Of a stretch of 64,000 bases of DNA, positions 1-10,077 are shown piece by piece (positions within the stretch are counted from its first letter, which is position 1; each line of letters starts with the position of its first letter). The notes beneath the pieces were generated by a model that ran no database searches, had not been told where the DNA came from, and saw nothing but the letters and a program-made list of their open reading frames with translations. Location: assembly GCA_014896535.1 (NCBI GenBank), contig JADBKE010000019.1, forward strand, positions 17,068-81,067. The letters are read 5' to 3'. The translations under genes were made by a program, and so were the position numbers. The stretch is from Candidatus Fermentithermobacillaceae bacterium (GTDB lineage: Bacteria; Bacillota; Sulfobacillia; Fermentithermobacillales; DUSS01).

Positions 1-5
1 CGGAA

Positions 6-1325
6 GTGAAGAAGTATCTGGGCAAGGCCCTCCTGGGCATCGCCCTTCCTCTCGGAGAAGAGTTAGTCTCGCGCCTGGAGACCGAGGGATTTCGCTGCAC
101 GATAGTGGGAGAGGTGCGACGAAGGACGCCCGTTGTGTCGCAGCTGGAGCTGCTTGTGTGCGTGAACGAGGGTGAATGGCTCGCCTGCTCAGACGCGTTA
201 GGGGACCGGTGTTTGTCCCGGGTGGAAGAAGTCCTGGGTGTGGGACTGGAATGGCAAAGGAATGATGGGGGGCTCATTCGGGGTCGGTCTTCGGGTCCCG
301 GCTTAAAAGTGGAGGTATCCCTTTGCTCCCCGGCGGAATTCGGACTGTGGACCCTGATTCTCACCGGGGAAGAGGGATACGTGTCCCACGTCAGGGAGGT
401 CCTGGCCGAACGTGGCTGGTCCGTGGCTCCTGGTGGGCTCAAAAGAGACGGTGATACCCAGATTTTTCCGGTCCCCGATGAGGCGACTCTGTTCGCCGCG
501 GTGGGCCTTTGTCCCGTGCCTCCTGAAATCAGGCACCGCCCGGAAATGTGGAGGGAAGTGGAAGACCGCGGATTCAAACTCCTTTCAACCTCTGACATCC
601 GCGGGGATCTGCATGTCCATACGACCTGGAGCGACGGGGTGATGAGCATAGCAGATGCCGTCTCGGAGTGCCGGCGTCTCGGTTATGAATACGTTGCTAT
701 TACCGACCACGCCACGAAGATCTCGTTCATCCAGGGACTCGACGCCGGCCGCATCCCTCTCCAGGCGGAGGAAATCGCCCGCGCAAGTCGCCTTTTCCCG
801 GACGTGTCGCTGATCAGGGGAGTAGAGGTGGACGTTTTGAAGGACGGAAGCTTGAGCCTGCCCGACGAGGATCTCGGGCAGGTGGAGCTGGTAATAGCTT
901 CGATTCATCAGGGGTTTGAGCCGCCCGATGTCTACCTTGAGAGGCTCAAAAAGGCTGCTTCCAATCCGTTCGTGCACGTCATCGGGCATCCCACCGGCCG
1001 GAAAATGGGGAGGAGACCCCCGGCCATCGTCGACATCGAGCCGCTTCTCGAGATATGCAGCAGAACGGGAACTTGTCTTGAAGTCAACGCTTCCCCCGAC
1101 CGGCTGGACCTCGACGAGGAAGCTGTGCGTCTGGCCTGGCAAGCCGGGGTTAAGCTGGTCGTTGCCACGGACGCCCATTCCGTTCGGGGGCTTTCTGATA
1201 TGCGCTACGGCGTGGATGCGTGTTTGAGAAGAGCTGGCCTCCCTCCTGATGCCGTGCTCAACTCAAGACCTTTGAGCGAATGGTTTCCCCTCAAGAGATC
1301 TTCCCGCCGGAATAGCCGGTCCTGA
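6..1325 (+). CDS. polX: PolX family DNA polymerase/PHP-domain exonuclease, 5'-truncated by window edge; polymerase carboxylates degenerate
   Basis: PHP motifs GDLHVHTTWSDG, ITDH, GVEVD, SIH, GHPTGR, EVNASPDRLDL, TDAH; palm-like VGEVRRR segment; near mutS2. Confidence 0.9.
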   Translation: MKKYLGKALLGIALPLGEELVSRLETEGFRCTIVGEVRRRTPVVSQLELLVCVNEGEWLACSDALGDRCLSRVEEVLGVGLEWQRNDGGLIRGRSSGPGLKVEVSLCSPAEFGLWTLILTGEEGYVSHVREVLAERGWSVAPGGLKRDGDTQIFPVPDEATLFAAVGLCPVPPEIRHRPEMWREVEDRGFKLLSTSDIRGDLHVHTTWSDGVMSIADAVSECRRLGYEYVAITDHATKISFIQGLDAGRIPLQAEEIARASRLFPDVSLIRGVEVDVLKDGSLSLPDEDLGQVELVIASIHQGFEPPDVYLERLKKAASNPFVHVIGHPTGRKMGRRPPAIVDIEPLLEICSRTGTCLEVNASPDRLDLDEEAVRLAWQAGVKLVVATDAHSVRGLSDMRYGVDACLRRAGLPPDAVLNSRPLSEWFPLKRSSRRNSRS

Positions 1326-1470
1326 CCGTTCATACATTTCTCTCGGACCTGCCAGGGTGGGTTTTTTACCAGAATCCGCGCGGAGTGGCGCGGACATTCC
1401 CCGCCAGGGTGCCCGGCGCAAGGGCATCCGGAGCGCCGTGGCGGGGCGTCCTGGCATCTGGGGGACAGGT

Positions 1471-2475
1471 ATGATGAGGCGGACAACGGGTTTGCTTTAC
1501 GGGACGTTCCACAAAAGCTCGTGTCCCGTAGCCCGTTACAGGGCGTTTAAGGTTGCATTGGTCATCAGCCTCGTTTTCAGTATTCTGGCAATTCCGGGAG
1601 CGTCAGGCCTGCCCCGAAAGGTCCCGGACTACCTGGCGGTGCACGAGACGGACGAACCGCTGATCCCCTCCAAGCCTCCGATGGTTCGTCACGATGTGCT
1701 CGAGCTCAAGATCCGTCTCCGGGACCTGAATCTTTACTCCGGACCCATCGACGAAGTCTACGATCCCCTGTGTGTTTCCTCGGTCAAAGAGTTTCAGCGG
1801 AGAAACTGGCTTGACCCCACCGGGGTAGTGGACCGCAATACCTGGAAAGCGTTGGCGGCCGGGATCAAAGCTCCCCCCGTTCAGGCAAGGGCACCCTTTC
1901 GCGAGGGTGAGATCAGCCTGTACATCGACACCGAAAGGCTTGAACTCACGGTGCTCATCGACGGTCAGCCCTGGAAAACGTATCCGGTCGCCGTAGGAAG
2001 GTGGAATTCGATGACCCCGGTGGGCGAGTGGAAGGTAGTAGACAAGGGCTATGAGACGGGCGGGGCTTACGGGACCCGGTGGATGGCTCTGGATGTCCCC
2101 TGGGGAGGATATGGCATCCACGGGACCAACAGGCCCTGGTCGATAGGAAGTTATGCCAGTCTAGGTTGCGTACGGATGTTTAACGAGCACATCGAAGAAA
2201 TCTTCGACATGATACCCATTGGTACCAGGGTCAAGATAGTGGGCCTTCGACCGCCGTTGCGTTTCGAAGGGCCCCTACGTCCGGGGGCTGTAGGGCCAGA
2301 AGTGGTGAGGTTGCAGGAGGTACTGAGGGAATTCGGCTTCGACCCCGGTCCGCTGGACGGGCGGTACGGGCCCATGACGGAAGCTCAAATTCGGGACGTA
2401 AGGTCTCTTTTTGGACTGAGTTGGGGAGGCGGGGCAGACGGCGACCTCTACGTGCTCATCGGAGTCGAAAGCTAG
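1471..2475 (+). CDS. L,D-transpeptidase (YkuD domain) with two peptidoglycan-binding domains
   Basis: YGIHGTN...SLGCVRM catalytic motif; PG_binding_1-like segments (VKEFQRRNWLDPTGVVD, LQEVLREFGFDPGPLDGRYG); N-terminal hydrophobic helix; start uncertain. Confidence 0.85.
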   Translation: MMRRTTGLLYGTFHKSSCPVARYRAFKVALVISLVFSILAIPGASGLPRKVPDYLAVHETDEPLIPSKPPMVRHDVLELKIRLRDLNLYSGPIDEVYDPLCVSSVKEFQRRNWLDPTGVVDRNTWKALAAGIKAPPVQARAPFREGEISLYIDTERLELTVLIDGQPWKTYPVAVGRWNSMTPVGEWKVVDKGYETGGAYGTRWMALDVPWGGYGIHGTNRPWSIGSYASLGCVRMFNEHIEEIFDMIPIGTRVKIVGLRPPLRFEGPLRPGAVGPEVVRLQEVLREFGFDPGPLDGRYGPMTEAQIRDVRSLFGLSWGGGADGDLYVLIGVES

Positions 2476-2554
2476 AAACCGGGAACCGCATGGGGGCGCT
2501 TTGGACGTGGGGAAGGCTGTGTACTTCCTGACAAGTCGCGCAAGGGGTGGCGGG

Positions 2555-3817
2555 ATGCGTTTCGGCCTCGGTATTCTCTTGGCAGTAACCCTCCTTATGT
2601 CCACATGTTTCGGATGCTCGGGGCGGCTGCCGGAGAAATCGGAAGGGCCGGTCCCGGCTCTGCCTCCAGGAGAGGAGCTCGTGGTATGGGACATGAAGCA
2701 GCCGCACTTTCCAGGGTCCAGGCCGTACGAAGAGGAAGTTCAGAGAGTATGCGAAGAGTTTCAGAAAAAAACGGGCATACCGGTCAAGCTCGTGTTTGTA
2801 AGCAGGTGGGAGCTTCCGGATGCACTGCTGAAAGCGAAGCGGGAATCCAAGCTTCCCGATGTATTGTTCAGCGGCGAGTTTCCCTGCCTTACGGGGCTGG
2901 AAAGGGACTTGGCCGGCCTATTGAATTCGGGGCAGTATCAGGAAGCGGCTATAGCCGCGTGGACCCGGGGCGGGCGCATTGTGGGGATTCCTTCGGCGGT
3001 GCTGTGGTTGGGCATCGCAGCGCGGAAAGATGCCCTGAATTCGCAGCAGCCTGGGCAATCCGGTGACCTCGGAATCGATCCTTCGACCGTGACCGGCCTA
3101 CTGCGGTCTCTGGCAGTGCTTCCCACTTCCGAGGCGTTCATGGAGATCGCTACCCGCGATCTTTCGGGCCGGTACAGGTCTCCCCGGGAAATCGCTTCTT
3201 TTGTGTCGTGGATAAAGATGAACGTTCCTCAGTTTCCCGCAGAGTCCTGCCTTGAGCGCTTCAAGCGCGGGGAGGTTTGGGGCATTTACGGTGCGACCCC
3301 TTACAGTTTTAAGTGGCTCAGAATCTCTTCAGAGCCGGGAAGCTCCGGGCAGCCCGTACTTGGACCACTGGTCTTTCAAGGGGGAGATGTCGGTTTCCGG
3401 TTTACTGTGCCGGGTTACGTGATACTCAGCGGCAGCGAAGCGAAGATGAAAGCGTCAGCGGAACTCGGTAAGCTCCTTGCCGAGAACCACGGCCGGTGGG
3501 GGGCACGGGCTTTAGGCCTGATACCCGCGAGGATTGAGGACCTACCCATTTTCACGCTGGAAAGCGGCTTCACGAGAGAGGAGAGGTCTTGCCTTCTGAG
3601 GAGCCTCGGTACAACCGCTACTGGCCCTTCGCCCCAAGGCCAGGGTGCGGGGAGGGGGAACGCGCCCGCGAATGCTGCTCCCGATGATCTCTTCACCCGC
3701 TACAAGCGTCTTGAGCAACTTGCCGGGGTGCTTTCCAGCTACTTCTCCGGCGACCTCACCGACGATGAACTCGTGGAAGAAATTGCCCGCGTCCTCGAAG
3801 GCAATACTAATCGTTAG
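2555..3817 (+). CDS. Putative extracellular solute-binding lipoprotein
   Basis: Signal peptide ending in lipobox-like FGC; EEFQKKTGIPVKLVFV...LPDVLF resembles family 1 solute-binding proteins. Confidence 0.55.
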   Translation: MRFGLGILLAVTLLMSTCFGCSGRLPEKSEGPVPALPPGEELVVWDMKQPHFPGSRPYEEEVQRVCEEFQKKTGIPVKLVFVSRWELPDALLKAKRESKLPDVLFSGEFPCLTGLERDLAGLLNSGQYQEAAIAAWTRGGRIVGIPSAVLWLGIAARKDALNSQQPGQSGDLGIDPSTVTGLLRSLAVLPTSEAFMEIATRDLSGRYRSPREIASFVSWIKMNVPQFPAESCLERFKRGEVWGIYGATPYSFKWLRISSEPGSSGQPVLGPLVFQGGDVGFRFTVPGYVILSGSEAKMKASAELGKLLAENHGRWGARALGLIPARIEDLPIFTLESGFTREERSCLLRSLGTTATGPSPQGQGAGRGNAPANAAPDDLFTRYKRLEQLAGVLSSYFSGDLTDDELVEEIARVLEGNTNR

Positions 3818-3869
3818 ACGCTCAAGAAAGGCTGCGGTTGACTTTAGCCGGAAGGAAGGACGCTTTTGG

Positions 3870-4481
3870 GTGGAAGTACTCAAGGACATACCCTTAATGG
3901 TAATGCGGTCTATCGTAATGTATTTTCTTGCCCTGGTAGCCGTGAGGTTTATGGGGAAACGGTCGATAGGGCAACTTGCTCCGTTTGATCTGGTAGTCAT
4001 AATCATCATGGGTTCGGTTGCCGCTCTTCCTCTGGAAGAGCCGTCGATTCACCCGATCAAGGGGATAGTGCCGATAATAGTCATGTCCGGGCTTCAGTAC
4101 GTGCTCAGCGTGGTCAATATGCACTGGCGAGAGGCGGAAAAGGTGACGCAGGGTATGTCCACACCCCTGATAATGAACGGGCAAATCCTCTACGAAAACT
4201 TGAAGAAGGAACGGGTTTCCCTTGCGGACCTGCACATAGTGTTGAGACAGCAGGGTGCCGATAGGGTGGAAGACGTGGCCCTGGCCGTGCTGGAACCCAC
4301 CGGGGAAGTGAGCGTGATAAAGAAGAAAGAGGCTCAGCCGGTGACTCCGAGGGATATGGACCTCATGACGCTGTCCCGGGTGGACACGGTGCGGCAGCAG
4401 ATGCACGACCGGCTTGTCGTACAGTACAGGGACCTTTCCCGGGATTTCGCGAGGACACGGAGGCTCCGGGGTCGAACATAA
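3870..4481 (+). CDS. DUF421 (YetF-like) membrane protein
   Basis: RFMGKRSIGQLAPFDLV and AVLEPTGEVSV motifs; GTG start after GGAAGGA. Confidence 0.85.
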   Translation: MEVLKDIPLMVMRSIVMYFLALVAVRFMGKRSIGQLAPFDLVVIIIMGSVAALPLEEPSIHPIKGIVPIIVMSGLQYVLSVVNMHWREAEKVTQGMSTPLIMNGQILYENLKKERVSLADLHIVLRQQGADRVEDVALAVLEPTGEVSVIKKKEAQPVTPRDMDLMTLSRVDTVRQQMHDRLVVQYRDLSRDFARTRRLRGRT

Positions 4482-4501
4482 AGCCTCGGAGGTGAAGCAG
4501 T

Positions 4502-5071
4502 TTGATTCCCCGGCGGTTTCACGAGGGGTTATCCTTCGAAGAATACTTGGCCTATTCTTCCATGAACGTGCCCACTATGCGGGAAAACTTCAACGAAACG
4601 GAGCCCGGTCAGGCTTCTGCCCGCTATTTTGAAGGACTGTGCCGCATGCTCGAGCCAGGCGCAATCCGAGTTCTGGCCCTGTCTGAGGACTGGTGCGGCG
4701 ACTGCGTGGAAAACGTGCCCATCGTGGCGAAACTGGCCCACCTGTACCCCGTTTTCGAGCTCCGGATCTTCCCCCGGGACGAAAATCTCGATATCATGGA
4801 CGAGTACCTCACCGAAGGAAGGAGAGTGATCCCCGTATTCGCGTTCTTCGACGAGGCGGGGGAGGAGATCGGCAGGTTCATCGAGCGTCCAAAGGGGGCT
4901 CACCGCTTCCTTCAGGAATTCATGCAAAGTCACCCTGCCCAGGACGAAGCTGAAAGGAAACAAATCGTTTACAAGGCTCGGGCCGAGCTCCGCAAGTTGT
5001 ACAAGGCGGGGCTCAGGGAGGAGACCATAGGAGAAATCAGGTCCATCCTCGAGAAGCGTTATCCCGCATGA
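4502..5071 (+). CDS. Thioredoxin family protein
   Basis: SEDWCGDC CxxC motif, RDENLDIMDEYLT, IPVF; GGAGGTG RBS. Confidence 0.85.
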   Translation: MIPRRFHEGLSFEEYLAYSSMNVPTMRENFNETEPGQASARYFEGLCRMLEPGAIRVLALSEDWCGDCVENVPIVAKLAHLYPVFELRIFPRDENLDIMDEYLTEGRRVIPVFAFFDEAGEEIGRFIERPKGAHRFLQEFMQSHPAQDEAERKQIVYKARAELRKLYKAGLREETIGEIRSILEKRYPA

Positions 5072-5234
5072 GGCGGCCTCTGCGCCGGTGGACGAGTACG
5101 GCACGGCTAGAACGCAGCCGGTCCCTTTCTGGTCCGAGCGCACTTTGCCCGGGAGCTCAGGATGGGAGCGAGTTGGAAGATGGAAAGACCTCCCGGCTTC
5201 CACCGGTTGATGGGAAAGAGGAGACTGGCCACAG

Positions 5235-7631
5235 ATGAATCGCAAAGCCCTGGAGATACTGGACTTCTATGAGATACAGAAACTACTGGCCCAGGAGACC
5301 GTCACCCCCATGGGGAGAGACCTGGTCATGTCCGCGTACCCTTGCACGGCCCGGGAGGCGAGAGCCCGTCAGTGTCCCGTGCTGGAGGTCCGCAAGGCAT
5401 CGGCGAGTGCACCCGCACCCTCCTTGTCCGGTATCGGGGACCCGAGACCGGCCCTGGTAAAGATGGATGCCGGCGGCGTCCTGAGCTCCGGCGATCTCTC
5501 CCTCATGTTGAGGGTCTTTTCCGTCATGGACTCGGTGCGATCGTGGCTCTCCCACTTGGATGCCGGTGAATATCCCGAGCTTCATTCCCTGGGCCAGAAA
5601 GTACCTCCTGTAAAGGGAATCGTCGAACTCTTAAACCGCATCGTGACACCCGATGGGGAGATAAAGGATTCCGCCTCGGATCTGTTGAGGAAGATTCGCC
5701 GGGAGATTAGGAAGCACCTCGACGAGATGAGGGCGCGCGTTGAGTCGCTCTGCAAATCCCCTGAGATAGCCCCGTATCTCCAGGAACCCGTTGTGAGCTT
5801 GCGATCGGGAAGGTACGTTCTCCCGGTCAAGCGGGAATACGCAGCCCGCATCCCCGGGGTCATTCACGACCAGTCCGGTTCCGGACAAACGGTGTTCATA
5901 GAGCCTTTGGTTATCGTGGAGATGTGGAACGAACTCAGAAAACTGGAGCTCTCGGAACGGGACGAAATCGAGCGGATTTTGAGGGAAGCCACATCGGCTA
6001 TTCGAGCCGTTCCGGGATTGAGGAACGCGGTTGTCGCTCTGGGCGAACTGGATTTCGCTTTGGCCAGGGCGAGTTTGATGGACAAATGGCGGGGCGTGTT
6101 GCCCGAGCTCACGGACCGCCACGACATCGTCCTCAGGAAGGCCAGGCACCCTCTTCTCAGGGGAAACGCGGTTCCTCTGGATGTGGCTCTCGAGGAATCG
6201 GGACGAGCTCCGCGGACGCTGGTAATAACCGGCCCCAATATGGGTGGCAAGACCGTCGCCCTGAAGACCATCGGTCTTCTCACAGCCCTCGCCCTGTCCG
6301 GATTTCCAATCCCGGCTGCAGAAGGGACCGTTGTGGGGGACTTTTCGGATATCCTGGTGGACATCGGAGACGAGCAATCCATTCAGGAGAACTTGAGTAC
6401 TTTTTCGGCTCACATCAAAAACATCATAGCCATCTTGCGGGAAGCAGGTCCTGGAAAGCTGGTACTGATCGATGAGCTGGGTGCCGGGACGGACCCGAAA
6501 GAAGGCGCGGCTTTGGGCCTGGCCATCTTGAGACGACTTCATAACTCGGGGGCCCTGGTAGTTGTCAGCACCCACTATTCGGAGATAAAGACCCTCGCCT
6601 ACGAAACCCCCGGGATGGAAAACGCGTGCATGGAATGGGATTCCGTCAACATGGTTCCCACCTACAGGCTGGTGGTGGGGCGGCCTGGAAGGTCCAACGG
6701 GTTGGATGTGGCGTTGAAAATAGGGCTCCTCCCTGAAATCGTCCGGGAGGCGCGAGACCTCATGCCGCGGGATTTGGTGCGCCTCGAGGACATGGTTCGC
6801 GAAATGGAGGAAAAGAACCGGGAAGTTGAACGGGAGCTTTTGAAGCTCCGGGAGGAGGCATCCCGCTACGAGAAGCTTCGAATAGAAATGGAAACGATGG
6901 TCAGAGCTACCGAGAACGAGAAGAAGGAGATCCTCGCCGCGGCCAGACGGGAGGCGCGGGAGATCGTTAGAAGAGCTGCGGTCGAGACGGAGAAGCTCGT
7001 GAAGGAAATCAGGAAAGCATCCCGTGCCCGGCACAGAGAGGGGCTCATAGCGGCGGTACGGGAAGGACTCGACGCGCTGCGCCGGAGCGTGGACGAAGAG
7101 ACGCCTGGAGCGAGCGAACCTGGATTTATTCCCGTCCCGCCCGAAAAAATCGCGCCGGGAACCCCGGTGCGGGTCAGGGGGTTTACCGAGCCCGGCCGCG
7201 TGCTCGAAACCCCGGACGAGGACGGGACTGTTCGGGTCCAGGTAGGCTCGGTTGCGGTGCGGGTGAAGGTGGGAGATCTCGCAGTTGTGTTTGAACCTGG
7301 TGAGAAAACGCCTGCGGAGGCGGAATCCCAGCGCCTACGCGAAAAGATTTCTCTCCCGAACGTGGCAGCGAAGAAGGCCGTGCAAATCCGGTCCGAAATA
7401 GACCTCAGAGGGATCCGGGCATCCGAAGCCCTGGAACTCCTGGACAAATACCTTGACGACGCGTATCTCGCTGGCCTTAGAACCGCGCGGATAATCCACG
7501 GCAAAGGCACGGGGGCTCTGAGGAAAGCCGTAGTGGACTTCCTCCAGAACCACCCTCACGTAAAGGAGTTCCGGAGCGGGGAAATCGCCGAAGGCGGTTA
7601 CGGTGTCACCGTGGTGGCCCTGAAGGAGTGA
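5235..7631 (+). CDS. mutS2: MutS2 (Smr-domain ATPase)
   Basis: ITGPNMGGKT Walker A, DEQSIQENLSTFS, DELGAGTDP, C-terminal Smr domain IDLRG...IIHGKGTGALR. Confidence 0.97.
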   Translation: MNRKALEILDFYEIQKLLAQETVTPMGRDLVMSAYPCTAREARARQCPVLEVRKASASAPAPSLSGIGDPRPALVKMDAGGVLSSGDLSLMLRVFSVMDSVRSWLSHLDAGEYPELHSLGQKVPPVKGIVELLNRIVTPDGEIKDSASDLLRKIRREIRKHLDEMRARVESLCKSPEIAPYLQEPVVSLRSGRYVLPVKREYAARIPGVIHDQSGSGQTVFIEPLVIVEMWNELRKLELSERDEIERILREATSAIRAVPGLRNAVVALGELDFALARASLMDKWRGVLPELTDRHDIVLRKARHPLLRGNAVPLDVALEESGRAPRTLVITGPNMGGKTVALKTIGLLTALALSGFPIPAAEGTVVGDFSDILVDIGDEQSIQENLSTFSAHIKNIIAILREAGPGKLVLIDELGAGTDPKEGAALGLAILRRLHNSGALVVVSTHYSEIKTLAYETPGMENACMEWDSVNMVPTYRLVVGRPGRSNGLDVALKIGLLPEIVREARDLMPRDLVRLEDMVREMEEKNREVERELLKLREEASRYEKLRIEMETMVRATENEKKEILAAARREAREIVRRAAVETEKLVKEIRKASRARHREGLIAAVREGLDALRRSVDEETPGASEPGFIPVPPEKIAPGTPVRVRGFTEPGRVLETPDEDGTVRVQVGSVAVRVKVGDLAVVFEPGEKTPAEAESQRLREKISLPNVAAKKAVQIRSEIDLRGIRASEALELLDKYLDDAYLAGLRTARIIHGKGTGALRKAVVDFLQNHPHVKEFRSGEIAEGGYGVTVVALKE

Positions 7632-7651
7632 GCGTCGCGTTATTATCGTAA

Positions 7652-9766
7652 CTAGGGCCCGCTCGGTGATGTTGGCTGGGTGGCCGGGGGCTCACCCGGA
7701 GCCGTGTGGTACGTGCAGAACTGCGTCGGCTCGCGTCCCTTGATGAAGAGGTCTTCGCCGATATCCGAAGGCGGACAAAACGGACCCGGTAAGAGCCCCG
7801 ATTTTCTGCAGAATTTTGAGGATACGATGTTCGGCGGAACTGCAAAATCGGAAGGTGGCACGTCCTTGAGTATTTCCTTCATCATGCGGTTCCAGATCAT
7901 CGCCGGGTAACTTCCGCCCGTGACTTTCCACTGGGACATATTCTTGTCCTGATCGAAACCCATCCAGACGATGCCCACCATTTCCGGCGTGTAACCGCAG
8001 AACCAGGCATCCGTATAACTCGAAGTAGTCCCGGTTTTTCCCGCGCAGGGTCTGCCGATATTGGCAAGCTGGCCCGTCCCGCCGGGTTTCGTGATGACGT
8101 CCTTGAGCATGCTGGTCATGAGATACGCGACCTGCTCCGACATGACGATGCTTCGTTTGGGTTGAGTTTCTTCCAGAACGTTACCTTCCTTGTCCTCAAC
8201 CCTCAGAATCGCCACCGGCTCGACCTTTATGCCCCTGTTGGCCAGAGCGCTGTAAGCTTCGGCCATTTCGATGACGCGCACACCGTGGGTCAGGCCTCCA
8301 AGGGATAGGACCATGGTGTAATCGGTCTTGCCGTCGTCGGATGAATCCTTATCCAGCGTAGTAATGCCAAATCTTTCACAGGACTCGACCCCGACCTTCG
8401 GCGTTATCTGCTCAAGCACCTTAAAGGCCACCACGTTCACGGATTCCCTTACGGCGTCCCTGATGGTGATGAGTCCTCTGAAGGTGCCGCCGTAGTTCTG
8501 GGGTGAAAACTCTTCACCTGTGTAGGGGTCTTTCCAGGTGTAGGGAGAGTCGTCCACTACCGTCGCCGGGCTCATGCCCATTTCGAGAGCGGGAACGTAT
8601 ACCGCCAGCGGCTTGATGGCGGAGCCTGGCTGTCTCGTTGTGTCCACCGCCCGGTTCCAGGTGAGCATTCCTTTGTGCTCTCTTCCTCCGACCATGGCCA
8701 GGATGTGGCCGGTTCTCGCATCCATTACGATTGCCGCAGCCTCGACGTGATCCTTACCCTCCACAATGGGAAACACGGGATCGAGCACTGACGCTATGGC
8801 TTCTTCCACCGCCTTCTGAGCGCTGGGAACGTAGGTGGTGTAGATCCTCAGACCACCTCCGTACACCAGTTCCTTGGGATATCGCGAGAGGAGTTGCTTC
8901 AAGACATAGTCGAAGAAGTATGCGCCTTCGGGTACCACCATGCCGCCCTTGTACGGAATTGGCCGGAACGGCTCGGCTTTTCCGCGATCGGCCTCTTCCT
9001 TGGAGATAAAACCGTATTGAACCATTTTATCCAGTACGTTGTTGCGCAGGGCTATGCACTGGTCGGGCCGCTTCTCGGGATCGTATAGCGAAGGACCGTG
9101 GATGAGTCCCGCCAGGAAAGCTCCCTCTCCCAGCGACAGCTCGGATGCGGACTTTCCGAAATACACCCGGGCAGCGGCTTCGATGCCGTAAGCGTTTCTT
9201 CCGAAGAATACCTGGTTCAAGTACATTTCGAGGATCTCGTCTTTGGTAAAGCTCCGTTCCAGTCTGACCGCTAGGATCACATCCTGGATTTTTCGCTTGA
9301 GGGTTCTGGCGGGCTCGAGGAAAGCGATTTTGGCCAACTGCTGGGATATGGTACTTCCGCCCTCCCGTATGGACTGGCTCCTCAGATTCACGTAAAGGGC
9401 CCTCAAGATAGCTCTCAGGTCAAATCCTTTGTGCGTGTAAAACCTGTGGTCCTCCTGGGCTACAACGGCATCGCGTACATACTTGGGGACATCCTCGAGG
9501 TCGATGGGTATTCTGTACTCGCTGGACCGCAACTCAGTCCACAGATTGCCGTTGGCATCGAAAACGTAGGATGCCTGCGTGGGCTTAGGTTCCAGCGAAG
9601 AAAGAGCGGGAAGGGTTCTCACCGCGTCGAAAACGAAGAGGCCTACCGCAAGCGCCCCGGTAAAGCCTATGATCAGTATGACATAGAGGATTATGTCCAA
9701 AATGGGAGTTTTCCGCCTGGTCCTCCGCAAAAGCCATTCCTCCGTATCACGCAAGGTTGCTCGCAC
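7652..9766 (-). CDS. Class A penicillin-binding protein (PBP1A family)
   Basis: Transglycosylase EDHRFY and GGSTISQQLAK; transpeptidase RQPGSAIKP, SVN, GKTGT. Confidence 0.95.
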   Translation of the reverse strand: MRATLRDTEEWLLRRTRRKTPILDIILYVILIIGFTGALAVGLFVFDAVRTLPALSSLEPKPTQASYVFDANGNLWTELRSSEYRIPIDLEDVPKYVRDAVVAQEDHRFYTHKGFDLRAILRALYVNLRSQSIREGGSTISQQLAKIAFLEPARTLKRKIQDVILAVRLERSFTKDEILEMYLNQVFFGRNAYGIEAAARVYFGKSASELSLGEGAFLAGLIHGPSLYDPEKRPDQCIALRNNVLDKMVQYGFISKEEADRGKAEPFRPIPYKGGMVVPEGAYFFDYVLKQLLSRYPKELVYGGGLRIYTTYVPSAQKAVEEAIASVLDPVFPIVEGKDHVEAAAIVMDARTGHILAMVGGREHKGMLTWNRAVDTTRQPGSAIKPLAVYVPALEMGMSPATVVDDSPYTWKDPYTGEEFSPQNYGGTFRGLITIRDAVRESVNVVAFKVLEQITPKVGVESCERFGITTLDKDSSDDGKTDYTMVLSLGGLTHGVRVIEMAEAYSALANRGIKVEPVAILRVEDKEGNVLEETQPKRSIVMSEQVAYLMTSMLKDVITKPGGTGQLANIGRPCAGKTGTTSSYTDAWFCGYTPEMVGIVWMGFDQDKNMSQWKVTGGSYPAMIWNRMMKEILKDVPPSDFAVPPNIVSSKFCRKSGLLPGPFCPPSDIGEDLFIKGREPTQFCTYHTAPGEPPATQPTSPSGP

Positions 9767-10034
9767 AACGAGTTTACTCTACATTACGACCGCAGCCCGG
9801 TCGGCGATGCAGGTAGGCCTGAATTCGGAGTTATTATATCACCCTTGCCGTATGCGCCGGTATGGCGTGTAGCTGCCGGCATACTCTTAGGGTCCAATGG
9901 TGGTCATTTCCAAAGAGCGCTATCCGCGTCTTGGTTTCCTGGCGCTTCTCCCGCGGGACAAGCTAATCTGTGCTCCGAGGGAGGCAGGGGCGGGGTTTCG
10001 TCGGGGTGCTAGCCGCGCGAGGTAGCTATTGCGG

Positions 10035-10063
10035 TGGACAGTCTAACCCGACGATGCGATAAT
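10035..10063 (+). promoter_or_regulatory. Putative sigma-A promoter of tyrS
   Basis: TGGACA-17 bp-GATAAT with extended -10 TG. Confidence 0.45.
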
Positions 10064-10077
10064 CAAGAGCATAAGAC

